The translations under genes were made by a program, and so were the position numbers. 64,000 bases of DNA, from positions 101,310,001 through 101,374,000 of the forward strand of contig NC_045696.1 of NCBI RefSeq assembly GCF_009834535.1. The letters are read 5' to 3'. This DNA comes from Camelus ferus (Eukaryota). Below the pieces are notes generated by a model that worked only from the letters and a program-made list of their open reading frames with translations, was not told where the DNA came from and made no database searches. This document shows positions 62,415 through 64,000 of the stretch, piece after piece; the stretch's first letter is position 1; each line of letters starts with the position of its first letter.

Positions 62415-62612
62415 GTGACATGGTGGAAGGAGTCCAGATTGTAAATTAAAAAAAAAAGATGAATCGTGAGTTTTAGTTTTATCTCTGCTTCTATTACTTG
62501 TATTATTTTTAGTAAATCAAGTACCCTCCTTGGGTCTCAGCATCCTCATGTGTAAAATGAGGGAGCTAGACTAAACCTCTAAGGTCCTTGTCAGCACAGA
62601 TCCTATGAATCT
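62415..62612 (+). mobile_element. MIR (MIR3/MIRc-like) SINE
   Basis: 'ccttgggtctcagcatcctcatgtgtaaaatgagggagctagactaaacctctaaggtcct'. Confidence 0.75.
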
Positions 62613-62874
62613 TATAATTACTTCTATGTTATGGTAGTTTGTGAAGTGCCCTTGTTTAGTGAACAGTTGAGGCCTACATCCTTCTGAACCATTTTTTAAT
62701 AGTGCTGGTGCTTCTAAGGGAGGGAAAAACAGTAACAAGTGAATAGATTATTTGCTCCTCATAATGCAGTATCTTTTGAAAATGTCAAATGCTCTGACCA
62801 TATAATACCCAGCTTCCATTTTAACCAGTGACTTTTCATTGACACATTCTTCCTTTTCTTTATTCTTTAGTTCA

Positions 62875-63330
62875 TTCATTTTCTGATGTAAAATCAATAC
62901 ATTGTCATTGTAAGTAACAGCTTATAAAGCACACACTAAAGAAAGTAAGAAGGAAAAAATAATAATTACCTTTAATATCGCTATCCCAGAGACCCATTTT
63001 CAAAATAATTCCTTTGGGCCCATCTGTGTGTGTGTATAATTTTATGAAATTAGATGGACTGTGCTTTCAGCGCTGTTTTGTGGCCTACCTTTATTACATA
63101 TAAATATTGTGAACATATTTACATACTGGCAAAGATAGAATCTATGTCATTATTTTAATGGCTACAAGCTATTCTAGTGTTTGGAAGTGCCATGACTTAC
63201 TTAACTAAAGAATATGTTGTTGGACAATTTAACTGTTGCCAGTGTTTGGCATTGTAAGGAACTTTTGAAAGAAACATCCTTTATCTTTAAACACTTGTCT
63301 AATTATTTTCTTGCATTTCATAAACTTAAG
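62875..63330 (-). mobile_element. Ancient LINE-1 3' end (L1ME4-like)
   Basis: 'ttattttaatggctacaagctattctagtgtttgga...tgttgttggacaatttaactgttgccagtgtttggcattg'. Confidence 0.6.
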
Positions 63331-64000
63331 ATTTGTACTTTTTTATTGTTGTCATAAGAGGAGATTTACAAAAGTATTTTTCACCTTTGTCTGGTCCTAC
63401 ATAATTGCCATTCAGTCTTGACTCCTGCTTCCTGAGTCATTGCTCCTCAGATCTTCAGCCTTCACCACCCATTGCATCCACCCTCTTCCTTTCTCAAAAG
63501 CTCAAGCATGAGTCCCAACCTCAATGCTGCACGATTAGTGTGGTTGTCTGCCTCAGCTTCTAATCTCTCTTTTTTTTCTTTGTATTTACTCAAATCATGC
63601 TAGCAAGATCTTCCACTCCTTTTGGCTATGTATTTTCCTTTATTATTCCCCCCAGAATATTTAGGATAAAGCTTATGTATCATCAAGTAAACTGTATAGC
63701 TTTCTATGTTTTCCCTCCTCCTGGGTGTCAAATAGATTTGGTTTATATTATTAATACTAACATGCTATATATTTTATTTATGATTTCATAATATATTTAT
63801 ATATAAAGCTATTATAGCTAATCCTTTAATCCTTTGTCTTCAGACTTATTTAATATGCACTTAAAGGATTAATTTCATAATTCAGGGACATGGGTAAGAT
63901 CAAGGAAATATTTTCCTATGATATTGACTACTATGTTTGAGCAAAGGGACACTTTTGTATTTTTGAAATGTCTAAAGAAGGAAAATATAAATAGGCATCT

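Overview
AT-rich, CpG-depleted mammalian genomic DNA that reads as intergenic or deep intronic. I found no multi-exon protein-coding gene, rRNA, tRNA or CpG island. Much of the window is recognisable, decayed interspersed repeat: L1 (L1MC/L1ME/HAL1-like), L2, MIR, MaLR (MLT1) and ERVL LTRs, and hAT/Tigger MITEs, plus microsatellites. Two younger minus-strand L1 copies (27660-30021 and 32600-33195) have 3' UTRs that I recall as camelid-type. I saw no Alu, B1/B2, Bov-tA/BovB, PRE-1 or Can-SINE, so a camelid (alpaca/camel) source is a moderate-confidence inference. Repeat family names are from memory of consensus sequences, not a database search, and boundaries of old repeats are approximate. The ORF track is almost all chance ORFs or L1 ORF2 debris. 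I do not see a new biological system. The most notable structures are: (1) a TSD-flanked polyA-57 nt-polyA insert (with an internal AATAAA) inside the young L1, resembling an orphan 3' transduction; (2) a compound L1 insertion whose target sequence appears three times; (3) a diverged ~105-bp direct repeat bracketing a candidate micro-exon; (4) a stop-interrupted, coding-like minus-strand frame near 18.5-18.8 kb; and (5) several hairpins and candidate enhancer motif clusters.
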